DNA of 64,000 nt from Faecalibacterium sp. CAG:74. Its GTDB lineage: Bacteria > Bacillota > Clostridia > Christensenellales > Aristaeellaceae. Below are positions 39,795 to 49,865 of the stretch, in pieces; position 1 is the stretch's first letter; the number at the start of each line of letters is the position of its first letter. The stretch spans positions 133,729 through 197,728 of the forward strand of contig FR899900.1 in NCBI GenBank assembly GCA_000437595.1, read 5' to 3'. The position numbers were made by a program, and so were the translations under genes. The notes below the pieces were generated by a model. The model did no database searches and was not told where the DNA came from. It saw only the letters and a list, made by a program, of their open reading frames with translations.

Positions 39795-41305
39795 GCCTCT
39801 TCCACTGCCTTTTTCAGCGGCGTGAGGTCGATGCCTTCCGCGTCATTGAGCACCTTCAGCAGGCTCTCCAGCATCTGCTGCACGCCGCCGGGCACGTCGC
39901 TTTCCACATTCAGCGGCAACACGGGGTCATGCACGGACAGGCGGAGCAGGAACCAGCCGTTGTCCATGCCGCCGTCAAGGTCGAAGGAAATGCGCACGCC
40001 CTCGCGGTTATCCGGCGCGATATGCCAGTTCTCCGCCGCGTTCGCATAATCCAGCACGCGCTGAATGACTACCTTGCCCGCGTCGCGGAAGTCATCGGCG
40101 GTGATGTTCAGGCGGATTTCGCGGCTCTCGACCGGCTCTTTCAGGTCGGCAATCAGGCTGCCGAGCGTCTTGCCCTCCTGCTTGAGCTTCATGGCGCGGA
40201 CAATCAGCACCGTGACGAGATACATGCCGTCATCAAGGAAGTGATTCTCGCGCAGGGCGGCGTGTCCGCTCGTTTCAATCGCCAGCGGGCAGGAAATGCC
40301 CTCTTTGTTTAGGCGGATGGCTTCATCGATGACGTTGCGGTAGCCGCGCTTGTAGCGGTAATGCTCGCCGCCCCAGTCGTTGATGAACTTCTTGAGGCCT
40401 GAGGACGTCACCGAGTCCGTCACAATCGTTTCGCCGGGCTTTTCGTCCAGCAGAATCGCGGAAATCAGGGCAATCAGGCGGTTGCGGTTGATTTCGCGGC
40501 CGTCGGCATCCACCACGGCGGCACGGTCGCAGTCGGTATCGAAAATCACGCCGAGATCAGCGCCAACGCGCTTCACCGCCGCGGAAATCGACGCCATCGC
40601 CGCTTCATTCTCCGGGTTCGGGATATGGTTGGGGAACATGCCGTCCGGCTCCAAGAACTGACTGCCTTCAATCCACGCGCCCAGTTCTTCCATCAGCTGC
40701 GCATAGAATCCGCCCGCGCCGTTGCCCGCGTCCACCACGACGTGCAGCCCCAGCAGCGGCTTCGGCACGTCCGTACCCAGTCCGCGGCGGATGCGGTCGG
40801 CAAGCTGCTCCTTGTACGTCGGCAGGAACGGCTTCTTAACAATCGTGCCTGCCAGCGGGGTGTCTTCGGGTTCGAGCGTACTCGCCGTTTTGAGCAGTTC
40901 CTCCACCACGTCGCCTTCCACGCCGCCTTCCGCCAAGAAGAACTTCAGGCCATTCTTGTCATACGGGTGATGGCTTGCGGTAATCATAATCGAGCCGTCC
41001 GGCTGGAAACCGGGCGTGATGATGCACATGTACATTGCCGGGGTCGTGCACATGCCAAAATCCAGCACGGACGCGCCCGCTTTGCTCACACCCTCCGCCG
41101 CCGCGTGCAGCAGCGCCGGGCCGGAAATGCGGCTGTCACGCCCAATGGCAATCGTCACCTGCGTCACCGGCTTGCCGACATGCTTCGCCACATAGCGCGC
41201 GAACGCCATGCCAAGACACATGGCCACATGCTCCGTCAGCGGGGCATTCTCGCCCACCGCCACGCCGCGTACGTCCGAGCCGCTCTTGAGCTTCATCCAA
41301 TCCAT
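39791..41305 (-). CDS. phosphoglucomutase/phosphomannomutase family phospho-sugar mutase
   Basis: Active-site serine loop TASHHPYDKNG and Mg-binding DTDCDR. The start was trimmed to MDWMKLKSGSDVRG after GAGGAGGAAGAGAAG. Confidence 0.85.
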   Translation of the reverse strand: MDWMKLKSGSDVRGVAVGENAPLTEHVAMCLGMAFARYVAKHVGKPVTQVTIAIGRDSRISGPALLHAAAEGVSKAGASVLDFGMCTTPAMYMCIITPGFQPDGSIMITASHHPYDKNGLKFFLAEGGVEGDVVEELLKTASTLEPEDTPLAGTIVKKPFLPTYKEQLADRIRRGLGTDVPKPLLGLHVVVDAGNGAGGFYAQLMEELGAWIEGSQFLEPDGMFPNHIPNPENEAAMASISAAVKRVGADLGVIFDTDCDRAAVVDADGREINRNRLIALISAILLDEKPGETIVTDSVTSSGLKKFINDWGGEHYRYKRGYRNVIDEAIRLNKEGISCPLAIETSGHAALRENHFLDDGMYLVTVLIVRAMKLKQEGKTLGSLIADLKEPVESREIRLNITADDFRDAGKVVIQRVLDYANAAENWHIAPDNREGVRISFDLDGGMDNGWFLLRLSVHDPVLPLNVESDVPGGVQQMLESLLKVLNDAEGIDLTPLKKAVEEA

Positions 41306-41327
41306 CTTCTCTTCCTCCTCTGTTCGT

Positions 41328-42050
41328 TTATCTACGCATTTTCTGAACCATCTTGTCCACTTCTTCCGGCGGAACCGCCTCATACGCGCCGCGCAGCAGG
41401 TGATACAGCGGCGACAGGCTCAGGAAATCCTCCTGCACGCGCTTCGTCAGCTGCGGGCTGTGCACATCCACCGCGGCAGTGCTTTCCGGCGAAATGTACA
41501 CCTCGCGCAGGGCATACCAGCCCTTGAGGTCATCCGGCACACCCGCCGGCACTTCCAGCCGCTTGAAGGAGCTGCCGCCGACGAGCATGTGATGCTCCGT
41601 CAGGTGACACTGCTTGATGACGTTCCGCACTCCGTCCGGGTCGGCGACAATCCTCCGCCGCAAGATGTCCATCATCTGACGATTTTCACCCCATGTGCCG
41701 ACACCCCAGTTCATACCCGACGGCGCAAGTTCAAACCAATACATCACGCTGCCCTCGCGCGGTTCGCCCGCATGGCGGAACAGTACCCACAGATGGTCGC
41801 GGAAGGGGCTTTTGTCCTTCGTGAAACGAACATCACGCCGCAGCCGCGCCATGCAGCGGTATGGGCGGAGTTCCATCTGCGGGTCAATGGAGAGCATCGC
41901 GGGCGCGAGTTCCTGAATGAACGCCTCAAACGGCGCTTTCACGTCCCGCTCATAGCGCGCGCGGTTCTCCTCGAAGTAGTCAATGCTGTTATGGAAGCGA
42001 ATGTCCAGAAAGAACTGAATCGTCGCCTCCGGAAATCCGATAAACATCAT
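41328..42050 (-). CDS. DUF2461 (TIGR02453) family protein
   Basis: The N-terminus FPEATIQFFLDIRFHNSIDYFEENRARYE is typical of TIGR02453. Confidence 0.7.
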   Translation of the reverse strand: MMFIGFPEATIQFFLDIRFHNSIDYFEENRARYERDVKAPFEAFIQELAPAMLSIDPQMELRPYRCMARLRRDVRFTKDKSPFRDHLWVLFRHAGEPREGSVMYWFELAPSGMNWGVGTWGENRQMMDILRRRIVADPDGVRNVIKQCHLTEHHMLVGGSSFKRLEVPAGVPDDLKGWYALREVYISPESTAAVDVHSPQLTKRVQEDFLSLSPLYHLLRGAYEAVPPEEVDKMVQKMRR

Positions 42051-42172
42051 GCAGCCTCCTTGGGAATCTCCCTTCTATTATACCTGCTGAAAAGGGATTT
42101 TTCAACCGTTCCGGCAGCGCAAATCGCAAAAAAACAGAGGAATGCCCGCGCATTCCCCTGCTTTTCTATGAA

Positions 42173-44263
42173 TCACTCGAAGCGAATCGTCATCTTGACA
42201 GGCGTCTGCCCGGTCAGTTCCGCCGAACGCTCGTCCGGCTGATACAGCCCGCAGTACACGTCGAACACCTTGCCGTCCGCCACGCGCTCGCCCGCATCGT
42301 TGACGACGGTGAAGGCATTCTTATCCAGCGGAACAGCAATCTGCCGCTTCTCGCCTGCCTTCAGCGCCACGCGCGCGAAGCCCGCCAGATGCGGATGCAG
42401 CGTCTCCCACTTCGTGTCCACGTCCTGCACATACACCTGCACAACCGTCTCGCCGTCGCGGTCGCCCGTGTTCTCGACCGTCGCCGTCACCCAGCCCATT
42501 TCGGCATCCACCGCTTCGTTATCCAGCGCAAAGGTGGTGTAGGACAGCCCGTAGCCGAACGGATAGAGCGGCTTGCCCTCGAAGTAGCGGTAAGTGCGGT
42601 TCTTCATCGAATAATCAGTGAATTCCGGCAGTTCAGACAGATCATGATAGAACGTCACCGGCAGACGGCCGGACGGGTTGACCTCGCCGAAGAGGATTTC
42701 CGCCAGCGCCGTGCCGCCTGCCTGACCCGGATACCACGCCATAATCTCCGCATTGCCCTGCGGCACATTCAGCGCAGAGCCTGCCGCGACGACCGTGACC
42801 AACGGCTTGCCGGTCTTGACCAGCGCATCAAGCAGTTTCTGCTGGCTTTCGGGCAGATTCAGCGAAATCTTATCGCCGGACGCAAACGCATTGCCCGTGT
42901 CGCCCTCTTCGCCCTCCAGCGTCGCATCCAGACCGACGCACGCAATCACAGCATCCGCATTTTCCGCAACCAGTTCAGCTTCCGCCAAGCGGTCGTTCGG
43001 CTGACCCAGATTCTGCACGCGGTCTTTGAACAGGTGGCAGCCTTCGCTGAACAGCACGCGGATGCCGTGCTCCTCCGCATAAGCGCGGATGCCTTCGAGG
43101 AACGTCACATAGCGGCTGGAACGGCCGTTGTAGTTGCCTTCCAAAGCAGGCACGCTGTCCGCGTTCGGGCCGACGACGGCAATCGTGCGGATTTTGCCCG
43201 CGTCCAGCGGCAGCACACCATCGTTGCGCAGCAGCACCATGCACTTTTCCGCTGCTTCCAGCGCCAGCGCGTCATTCTCGTCGGTATCGTTGGCGGTATA
43301 GGGGATTTTGTCGTACTCACAGTCGTCCGCGAAGCAGCCCAGCAGATAGCGGGAGGTATACATGCGCTCGCAGGCGGTCGTGATGTCCTCCTCCGTCACC
43401 AGACCCTCCTGATACGCGGTCAGCATATGCAGGTAGGTGTTGCCGCAGTTGACGTCGCAGCCGTTTTTGAGCGCCAGCGCCGCCGATTCCGGCGCGGTAT
43501 CGGTCACATGGTGATGCTCGTGGAAGTCGCGAATTGCCCAGCAGTCGGACGTCACATGCCCCTCAAACTGCCACTTATTGCGCAAAATGTCCACCAGCAG
43601 CGTCTTCGACCCGCAGGCAGGTTCACCGTTGACGCGGTTGTACGCGCCCATGACGCTCTCCACCTTTGCTTCCTTCACCGCCGCCTCGAACGCGGGCAGA
43701 TACGTCTCGTTCATATCCTTCGGGTTCGCCACAGCGTCGAAGGAATGGCGGATGGCTTCCGGGCCGGAGTGCACCGCGAAATGCTTGGCGCACGCGGCGA
43801 CCTTGAGGTACTTGCCATTGCCCTGCAAGCCCTTGATGAACCGTACGCCCAGTCGGCTGGTAAGATACGGATCTTCGCCATAGGTTTCATGCCCTCTGCC
43901 CCAGCGGGGATCACGGAAGATGTTGATGTTCGGGCTCCACATGGACAAGCCCTTGTAAATGTCGCGGTCGCCATGCGCAGACTGCCCGTTGTATTTCGCG
44001 CGTGCCTCGGTGCTGATGACGCTTGCCACCATTTCGTGGAAGTCCTCGTCGAAAATCGCCGCCAGACCAATCGCCTGCGGGAACACCGTCGCCGTGCCCG
44101 CGCGCGCCACGCCGTGCAGGGATTCATTCCACCAGTTATACGCCGGAATGCCCAGCCGCGGAATGGCAGGCGAGTCAAAACGGAGCTGGGAGGCCTTCTC
44201 CTCCAGCGTCATCTGCGCAACCAGCTCGTGTGCCAGTCGGCGTGCTTCATCACGATTCATCAT
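42173..44263 (-). CDS. glycoside hydrolase family 3 beta-glucosidase/beta-xylosidase
   Basis: GH3 N-terminal and C-terminal domains (GFVTSDC nucleophile region, KHFAVHSGPE). The start was trimmed to MMNRDEARRLA after GGAAAGGAGAAACG. Confidence 0.85.
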   Translation of the reverse strand: MMNRDEARRLAHELVAQMTLEEKASQLRFDSPAIPRLGIPAYNWWNESLHGVARAGTATVFPQAIGLAAIFDEDFHEMVASVISTEARAKYNGQSAHGDRDIYKGLSMWSPNINIFRDPRWGRGHETYGEDPYLTSRLGVRFIKGLQGNGKYLKVAACAKHFAVHSGPEAIRHSFDAVANPKDMNETYLPAFEAAVKEAKVESVMGAYNRVNGEPACGSKTLLVDILRNKWQFEGHVTSDCWAIRDFHEHHHVTDTAPESAALALKNGCDVNCGNTYLHMLTAYQEGLVTEEDITTACERMYTSRYLLGCFADDCEYDKIPYTANDTDENDALALEAAEKCMVLLRNDGVLPLDAGKIRTIAVVGPNADSVPALEGNYNGRSSRYVTFLEGIRAYAEEHGIRVLFSEGCHLFKDRVQNLGQPNDRLAEAELVAENADAVIACVGLDATLEGEEGDTGNAFASGDKISLNLPESQQKLLDALVKTGKPLVTVVAAGSALNVPQGNAEIMAWYPGQAGGTALAEILFGEVNPSGRLPVTFYHDLSELPEFTDYSMKNRTYRYFEGKPLYPFGYGLSYTTFALDNEAVDAEMGWVTATVENTGDRDGETVVQVYVQDVDTKWETLHPHLAGFARVALKAGEKRQIAVPLDKNAFTVVNDAGERVADGKVFDVYCGLYQPDERSAELTGQTPVKMTIRFE

Positions 44264-44403
44264 CGGAACGTTTCTCCTTTCCTTTTCCAAGGGATTCTCA
44301 TGTACATTTCCACCAAAAAGCAAAAACTCCTGCTGATTTCGCACAAAAATTTTCACGAAATCCGACCTTTTTCTGCAAAACGCTATGGCGCAACCTCGAA
44401 TTC

Positions 44404-44415
44404 TTTGCTATAATA
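44404..44415 (+). promoter_or_regulatory. extended -10 promoter element (TGCTATAAT) for the HAD hydrolase-hprK-glcK genes
   Basis: TTTGCTATAATAG lies about 35 nt upstream of the proposed start. Confidence 0.4.
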
Positions 44416-44451
44416 GAACGTGAGAGTGATTTCTGCTGTGAGGTGAGAGAG

Positions 44452-45252
44452 TTGAAGCCGGTCATTCGCGCCATTGCGTTTGATTTGGATGATACGCTGC
44501 TGCGGGACGACCGCACGATTTCGGACGAAACAGTATCCGTCCTGCGCCGCGCAAGTGAAGCGGGCATCCTGATTCTGCCCGCCAGCGGACGCACCTATTG
44601 CAGCATGGCGGGGTTTGCAAAACGCATCGGGTGCGCGAGCCGGGTCATCTGCGCCAACGGAGCGGTAATCGCCCAGCCGGACGGAACAACGCTGCATGAA
44701 CTGACGATTCCCGCGGACATCGCACGGCAGGTCGCCCTGTTCGCCAAGGAGCGCGGATGCTACTGCCAGACGTACGCAGGCGATTGCTTCTACTATAATC
44801 AGCAGGGGGATTATGCCCGCGCATATGCGGAAAGCTCGTCCCTGCGCGGCGTGTATGTCGGCGATTTGGAGCAGCATCTATCTGCGCCGACGACGAAGCT
44901 GCTGATGATGGCGCCGCCGGAGCAGGTTGTGCAGATGCTGGCGGAGGCACAGGCGCAGTTTGGCGAATCCGTCGCGCTGACCTGCTCGAAGCCGTACTTT
45001 CTGGAGGTCAATCCCCCGCTGGCAACGAAAGGACACGCTTTGTCCGTCTGCGCGGAGGAAATGGGCTTCCCACTTTCGCAGTGCATGGCGTTCGGCGACA
45101 GCCTGAACGACGTGTCGATGCTGCGCGCCGCCGGGCACGGCGTGTGCATGGGCAACGGGCGCGAGGACGTGAAGCGCATGGGCTTTGCCGTCTGCGGGAC
45201 GAATCAGGAGGACGGCGTGGCGCGGTATATCCAGCGGATTCTTTTTGACTGA
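44452..45252 (+). CDS. Cof-type HAD-IIB family hydrolase
   Basis: IAFDLDDTLL motif I, cap domain, and GDSLNDVSML motif IV. The start is ambiguous (TTG 44452 after GGTGAG, or GTG 44443); the upstream part of the 44023 ORF overlaps the GH3 gene and is non-coding. Confidence 0.75.
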   Translation: MKPVIRAIAFDLDDTLLRDDRTISDETVSVLRRASEAGILILPASGRTYCSMAGFAKRIGCASRVICANGAVIAQPDGTTLHELTIPADIARQVALFAKERGCYCQTYAGDCFYYNQQGDYARAYAESSSLRGVYVGDLEQHLSAPTTKLLMMAPPEQVVQMLAEAQAQFGESVALTCSKPYFLEVNPPLATKGHALSVCAEEMGFPLSQCMAFGDSLNDVSMLRAAGHGVCMGNGREDVKRMGFAVCGTNQEDGVARYIQRILFD

Positions 45253-45279
45253 TTTTGCATAGTATTTAGGAGGTTTCCT

Positions 45280-46215
45280 ATGGTACAGGCAGCCGACTTT
45301 GCCAAGACGCTTCAATTGACGGTGCTGTCCCCTTCCACGCAGACGGAATGGGATATCCGCACCACCGACCTGAATCGTCCGGGTATGCAGTTCTGCGGCT
45401 TCTATGAATATTTCCCATTTGAGCGTCCACAGGTCATCGGCAAGGTCGAAATGACGTATTTGGAGAACCTTGAACCGGAAGTACGCCGTCAAATGCTCAA
45501 AAAGTACTTCTCCTTCGACATTCCCTGCGTCATCATCTGCCGCGGGATGCATCCGCCGGAAGAGCTGCTGGAAGCCGCCGCCGCGCGCAATATCGCCGTC
45601 TATCAGACCGGAATGGTGACGACGAAGTTCTTCTTCACCGCCATCAACTACCTGAACCGCTGCCTCGCTCCGCGCGTAACGCGCCACGGCGTTCTGGTAT
45701 CGGTATACGGCATGGGCGTGCTGATTACGGGCGACAGCGGCGTGGGCAAGAGCGAAGCCGCACTGGAGCTGATTCGCCGCGGGCATCAGCTGGTGGCGGA
45801 TGACGTGGTGGACATCTGCCGCGTGTCGGACAACCGTCTGACCGGCGAATGCCCGGAGATGGTGCGCCACTTCATGGAGATCCGCGGCATCGGCATCATC
45901 GACATCCGCGCCATGTACGGCATCGGCGCCGTCGCACAGAGCAAGTCCATCGACCTTGTGATTCACATGGAGAAGTGGGTCGAGGGCAAGGAGTACGACC
46001 GGCTTGGGCTGAATGACGAGTACATCACGATTCTTGGCGTGAAAGTACCCAGCCAGACCATGCCGGTGCGGCCGGGGCGCAACCTCGCCATCATCATCGA
46101 GGTGGCGGCGCGCAACCTGTCCATGAAGAAGCTCGGTTTCAGCGCCGCACGGGAGCTTGACCGCCGCATGAACGAAATGATCATGAAGCGTTCCAATCCC
46201 GACGCGCAGAATTAG
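45280..46215 (+). CDS. hprK: HPr kinase/phosphorylase
   Basis: Walker A GDSGVGKSE and the full-length HprK N and C domains. Confidence 0.9.
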   Translation: MVQAADFAKTLQLTVLSPSTQTEWDIRTTDLNRPGMQFCGFYEYFPFERPQVIGKVEMTYLENLEPEVRRQMLKKYFSFDIPCVIICRGMHPPEELLEAAAARNIAVYQTGMVTTKFFFTAINYLNRCLAPRVTRHGVLVSVYGMGVLITGDSGVGKSEAALELIRRGHQLVADDVVDICRVSDNRLTGECPEMVRHFMEIRGIGIIDIRAMYGIGAVAQSKSIDLVIHMEKWVEGKEYDRLGLNDEYITILGVKVPSQTMPVRPGRNLAIIIEVAARNLSMKKLGFSAARELDRRMNEMIMKRSNPDAQN

Positions 46216-46260
46216 GACTAACGTATTTTCACAATTACAATATACAGGAGGCTTTTTCCC

Positions 46261-47205
46261 ATGATTTATGTTGGTATTGACGTTGGCGGCACGGGCATTC
46301 AGGTCGGTCTGGTGGACGAAAGCGGCAAGATTCTGTGCAAGGGCGGCATCGTCACCCGCACGGATATTCCCTTCGACATGCAGGTGAAAGCGATGGCGGA
46401 CTGCGTGCTGGACACCATCGACAAGGGCGGCTACACGCTGGGTGACGTGAAGGCCATCGGCGCGGGTGTTCCCGGCGTAACCGACCCCCGCACGGGCAAT
46501 ATTGCGTTCTGCACCAACCTCGGCTGGGTGGACGTGCCGTTTGTGCAGGAGTTCAACAAGCACATTGCCAAGCCCGTTTTCGTCGGCAATGACGCGACGG
46601 TCGCAGGGCTGGCAGAGAGCGTTGCGGGCGTGAGCGCGGGTTCGGACAGCAGCGTGTTCATCACCCTCGGCACAGGCGTCGGCGGCGGCATCGTTTTTAA
46701 TGGCAAGGTCTGGAACGGCTTCCACGGCGTCGGCAGCGAAATTGGTCACATGATTCTCGAACTTGACGGCGAGCCGTGCACCTGCGGCAACTACGGCTGC
46801 GTCGAGCGCTACTGCTCCGCGACCGCCATCATCCGCATGGCGCGTGAGCTCTGCGCGGTGCACCCGGAAAGCGAAATCGTGAAGGTGTGCGAGGGCGACC
46901 TGAACCGCGTGAACGCGAAGGTTGTTTTCGACGCGGCGAAGAACGGCGACGAAATCGCGCTCAAGGTGTTCCACCGCTATGTGAAGTATCTGGGTCAGCT
47001 GGTTGCCAGCCTGGTTAACTGCATTGACCCGGAGGTTATCGTGCTGGGCGGCGGCGTAAGCAAAGCGGGTGACTTCCTGCTGGACGCTGTTCGTGCGGAA
47101 GCGCGGCGCTATGTGCTGTACAAGACGCTCCCGTCGGCGCGCATTGAGCTGGCGAAGCTCGGCCCGGATGCGGGTATCATCGGCGCGGCGATGCTGGGCA
47201 AGTAA
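46261..47205 (+). CDS. glcK: ROK family glucokinase
   Basis: IGIDVGGTGI N-terminus and the ROK zinc motif CTCGNYGCVERY. Confidence 0.9.
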   Translation: MIYVGIDVGGTGIQVGLVDESGKILCKGGIVTRTDIPFDMQVKAMADCVLDTIDKGGYTLGDVKAIGAGVPGVTDPRTGNIAFCTNLGWVDVPFVQEFNKHIAKPVFVGNDATVAGLAESVAGVSAGSDSSVFITLGTGVGGGIVFNGKVWNGFHGVGSEIGHMILELDGEPCTCGNYGCVERYCSATAIIRMARELCAVHPESEIVKVCEGDLNRVNAKVVFDAAKNGDEIALKVFHRYVKYLGQLVASLVNCIDPEVIVLGGGVSKAGDFLLDAVRAEARRYVLYKTLPSARIELAKLGPDAGIIGAAMLGK

Positions 47206-47230
47206 TTCATCCCCCCAAAAAAATAAATTT

Positions 47231-47265
47231 ATCCCCGGAGGCATGACGCTTCCGGGGATGTTTTG
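47231..47265. terminator. bidirectional rho-independent terminator
   Basis: ATCCCCGGAGGCATGACGCTTCCGGGGAT hairpin with flanking A-run and T-run. Confidence 0.75.
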
Positions 47266-47270
47266 TATCC

Positions 47271-48473
47271 TTATTTATTCAGGCTGAAGCGGAACGTGTA
47301 GCCTTCTTCGCCGTAATGCTCATTGCCAACCCACAGCACCGTCTTGTCCGTGAGGTTATAGACGGCAGAGTGAATCGTCAGCGAGTTGGAATCGCCCGGA
47401 TTGCCCCAGTCGCGGCGGCTGACCGCATCGAGCAGACCCATCGCCGCTTCTTCGTCCGCCACGACGCCATTCAACTCCGCCAGACGGTCGCGCAGAAGCT
47501 CGTAGCGGTCAAGACCCGGTTTGTTCGCGTCCGCCGTGTAGTAATCCGGCGTGATGATGAAGTTGGTAATCATCTGCCAGTCCGTCGCGCCGGAGAGCGG
47601 ATCAGCGTCGTTCCAGATGACGTTCAAGTGGCGGTTCGCGCCGTCCGCATCGTCGTCACTGCTGTCAGACACCCACTCCAGAATCGCGCTCTTGCCCGTG
47701 GAATCCGCAATCATATAATGGAAGCTCGTCTTCGCGGAGTCGTGCAGGTCGTACTTTTCCACCAGTTCGACCGCTTCTTCAACGGAGTCGGCGTAGTCCA
47801 GAACCATGCGGAGCATCGTGGTCGAGGTCAAATCCGGCTTGTCGGTCTGCTGATTCGTCGCGGCGACCTTCTCTCCGCCCTGATAGGACATGAAGATGCC
47901 GCACGCCACGCCCGCGTCATTCACGCCATCCAGCGGCGCAAAAGGAGCGGCAAGCGTGAGAATCTTCTGCCCGAAGGTGGTCACGTCCTTCGTGCTGTCT
48001 AAGCCGAGGAACTGCAAGTCCACCGTGGAATAGGAAGCATGACGTCCGTTGCCCGGATTCGTGTAGACGATGACGGTGTTCGTCTCGTGGAAATCGTAGT
48101 TGCGGCCGAAAACGCGGTCGCCGTCCGCCGTATCCGCGGTGAAAGCGGAGCAGGCGATTTCAGAGGTTTTGATGCTCATGGGGATAATGCCCTTGGTGAT
48201 GCTGTTCGTGATAAAGGAGATAAGCTCCGTGTCATTGGACGCGCCGCCCTGCGCCAGGAACTCATCGAAATGGTAGCCGCCGGAGACATTCAGCACATAC
48301 ACCGAGCCATCCTTATGGCTTTCATCGCGCTGCGTCACCTGCTGAAAGGACAGCAGCGTTGTGATTTCGTCGTGCCAGATGACGTAGACCGTGCCCACCA
48401 GCACGATCACCAGCGCCAGCAGGACGCCGAGGATGGTCAGCAATACTTTCTTCGCGGTTGATTTCTTCTTCAT
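47271..48473 (-). CDS. choloylglycine hydrolase family (linear amide C-N hydrolase, Ntn) protein with N-terminal membrane anchor and pro-region
   Basis: N-terminal TM helix (VLLTILGVLLALVIVLVGTV). A Cys-Ser-Ala-Phe-Thr ... GRNYDF block matches the catalytic Cys plus the GRN(L/M)D motif of bile-salt hydrolase/penicillin V acylase, here about 106 residues into the protein. Confidence 0.7.
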   Translation of the reverse strand: MKKKSTAKKVLLTILGVLLALVIVLVGTVYVIWHDEITTLLSFQQVTQRDESHKDGSVYVLNVSGGYHFDEFLAQGGASNDTELISFITNSITKGIIPMSIKTSEIACSAFTADTADGDRVFGRNYDFHETNTVIVYTNPGNGRHASYSTVDLQFLGLDSTKDVTTFGQKILTLAAPFAPLDGVNDAGVACGIFMSYQGGEKVAATNQQTDKPDLTSTTMLRMVLDYADSVEEAVELVEKYDLHDSAKTSFHYMIADSTGKSAILEWVSDSSDDDADGANRHLNVIWNDADPLSGATDWQMITNFIITPDYYTADANKPGLDRYELLRDRLAELNGVVADEEAAMGLLDAVSRRDWGNPGDSNSLTIHSAVYNLTDKTVLWVGNEHYGEEGYTFRFSLNK

Positions 48474-48638
48474 GGGGTCAGTTTTCCTCCCGTTGCGAAT
48501 TTGTTGATACAGTTAAGTATCATAGCATAAAAACGTAGATTTGTAAAGTGTGAATTTTTCGCGTCAAATTTGTGATTTCGCAAGGATTTTTGCCCCTCGA
48601 TGTTGTAATTATAATGCAATGAGAGGAGGGAAACGACG

Positions 48639-49643
48639 ATGACCATCAGGGAGCGATTGGAGCAGGAGGAGGCACAGCGTCTATCACCGCGGGCGGTCTG
48701 CGCGAAGGACACGCGCGGGCGCGAAAAGCCGATTGTCCCCTGCCCAATGCGGACGGACTTCCAGCGCGACCGCGACCGCATCATCCACTGCAAAGCGTTT
48801 CGCCGCCTGAAATACAAGACGCAGGTGTTCCTCGCGCCTGAAGGCGACCACTACCGCACGCGGCTGACGCACACGCTGGAAGTGGCGCAGATTGCCCGGA
48901 CGCTGGCGCGTTGTCTCCGGCTGAACGAGGACTTGACGGAAGCAATTGCGCTGGGGCACGATTTGGGGCATACGCCGTTTGGGCACATCGGCGAGCACGC
49001 GCTGGACAGACTAATACCTGAAGGCTTCCGGCACAACGAGCAGTCGAGGCGCTGCGTCGAGGCGCTGGAGAACGACGGAAACGGGCTGAACCTGACGTGG
49101 GAGGTGCGAGACGGCATCCTCTGTCACTCCGGCAAGCAGTTTCCCGCAACGCTGGAGGGGCAGTGCGTCCGCCGCGCCGACCGAATCGCGTATCTGAATC
49201 ACGATTTGGATGATGCCCTGCGCGCCGGGGTCTTGCAGCCCTTTGAACTGCCGGCGGACTGCTTGAAGGTGCTGGGGCAGACGCACGGCGAGCGCATCAA
49301 CACCATGATTTGCGACATTGTGGCGTGCAGCGCGGACAAGCCCGAACTGACCATGTCGCCGCTGGTTCAGGAGGCGATGGACGGCCTGCGGGAGTTCATG
49401 TTCGCGCGCGTGTACCGCGACCAGTGGCGGCAGGCGGAAGAAGCACGCTGCAAGCACGTTGTGGAAGCGCTGTTCAGCTATTACAGCGAGCATCCGGGCG
49501 AAATGCCGGAGGAGTTCGTGCTCATCGGCTACAAGGAAGGCACGGCACGCGCTGTGTGCGACTTTGTATCATGCATGACCGACCGCTACGCCATCCGCAC
49601 CTATCAGCAGCTGTTCGTGCCGAGCGGGTTTTCGGCAATATAA
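48639..49643 (+). CDS. dgt: dGTPase-like deoxynucleoside triphosphate triphosphohydrolase (HD domain)
   Basis: HD motif TRLTHTLEVAQI, HDLGHTPFGH, in the conserved position upstream of dnaG. Confidence 0.85.
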   Translation: MTIRERLEQEEAQRLSPRAVCAKDTRGREKPIVPCPMRTDFQRDRDRIIHCKAFRRLKYKTQVFLAPEGDHYRTRLTHTLEVAQIARTLARCLRLNEDLTEAIALGHDLGHTPFGHIGEHALDRLIPEGFRHNEQSRRCVEALENDGNGLNLTWEVRDGILCHSGKQFPATLEGQCVRRADRIAYLNHDLDDALRAGVLQPFELPADCLKVLGQTHGERINTMICDIVACSADKPELTMSPLVQEAMDGLREFMFARVYRDQWRQAEEARCKHVVEALFSYYSEHPGEMPEEFVLIGYKEGTARAVCDFVSCMTDRYAIRTYQQLFVPSGFSAI

Positions 49644-49865
49644 CAAGCGTTCTTCGCATTTTCCCGCTTTTTTTCCGAAGATTCCAAAAACACAAGGCTG
49701 AAACAAGCAGGAAATTTCGATTTCTTGGCGAATTAAACTGATGGATGAGCAGAGACAGCCCTGCAAGCCATCCAAATAACATGTTGTGTTCCCCGTTCCT
49801 GTTGGTTCCGGGTGTACTTTTTGTGTTCCTTGGCAGAACGCTTTTTGAGGGAGGTGAGCGGTGCC

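Noticed and set aside
42389-44413. 674-aa plus-strand ORF
   Set aside because: Antisense to the GH3 gene.
44878-47244. 788-aa minus-strand ORF
   Set aside because: Antisense to the HAD hydrolase, hprK and glcK genes.
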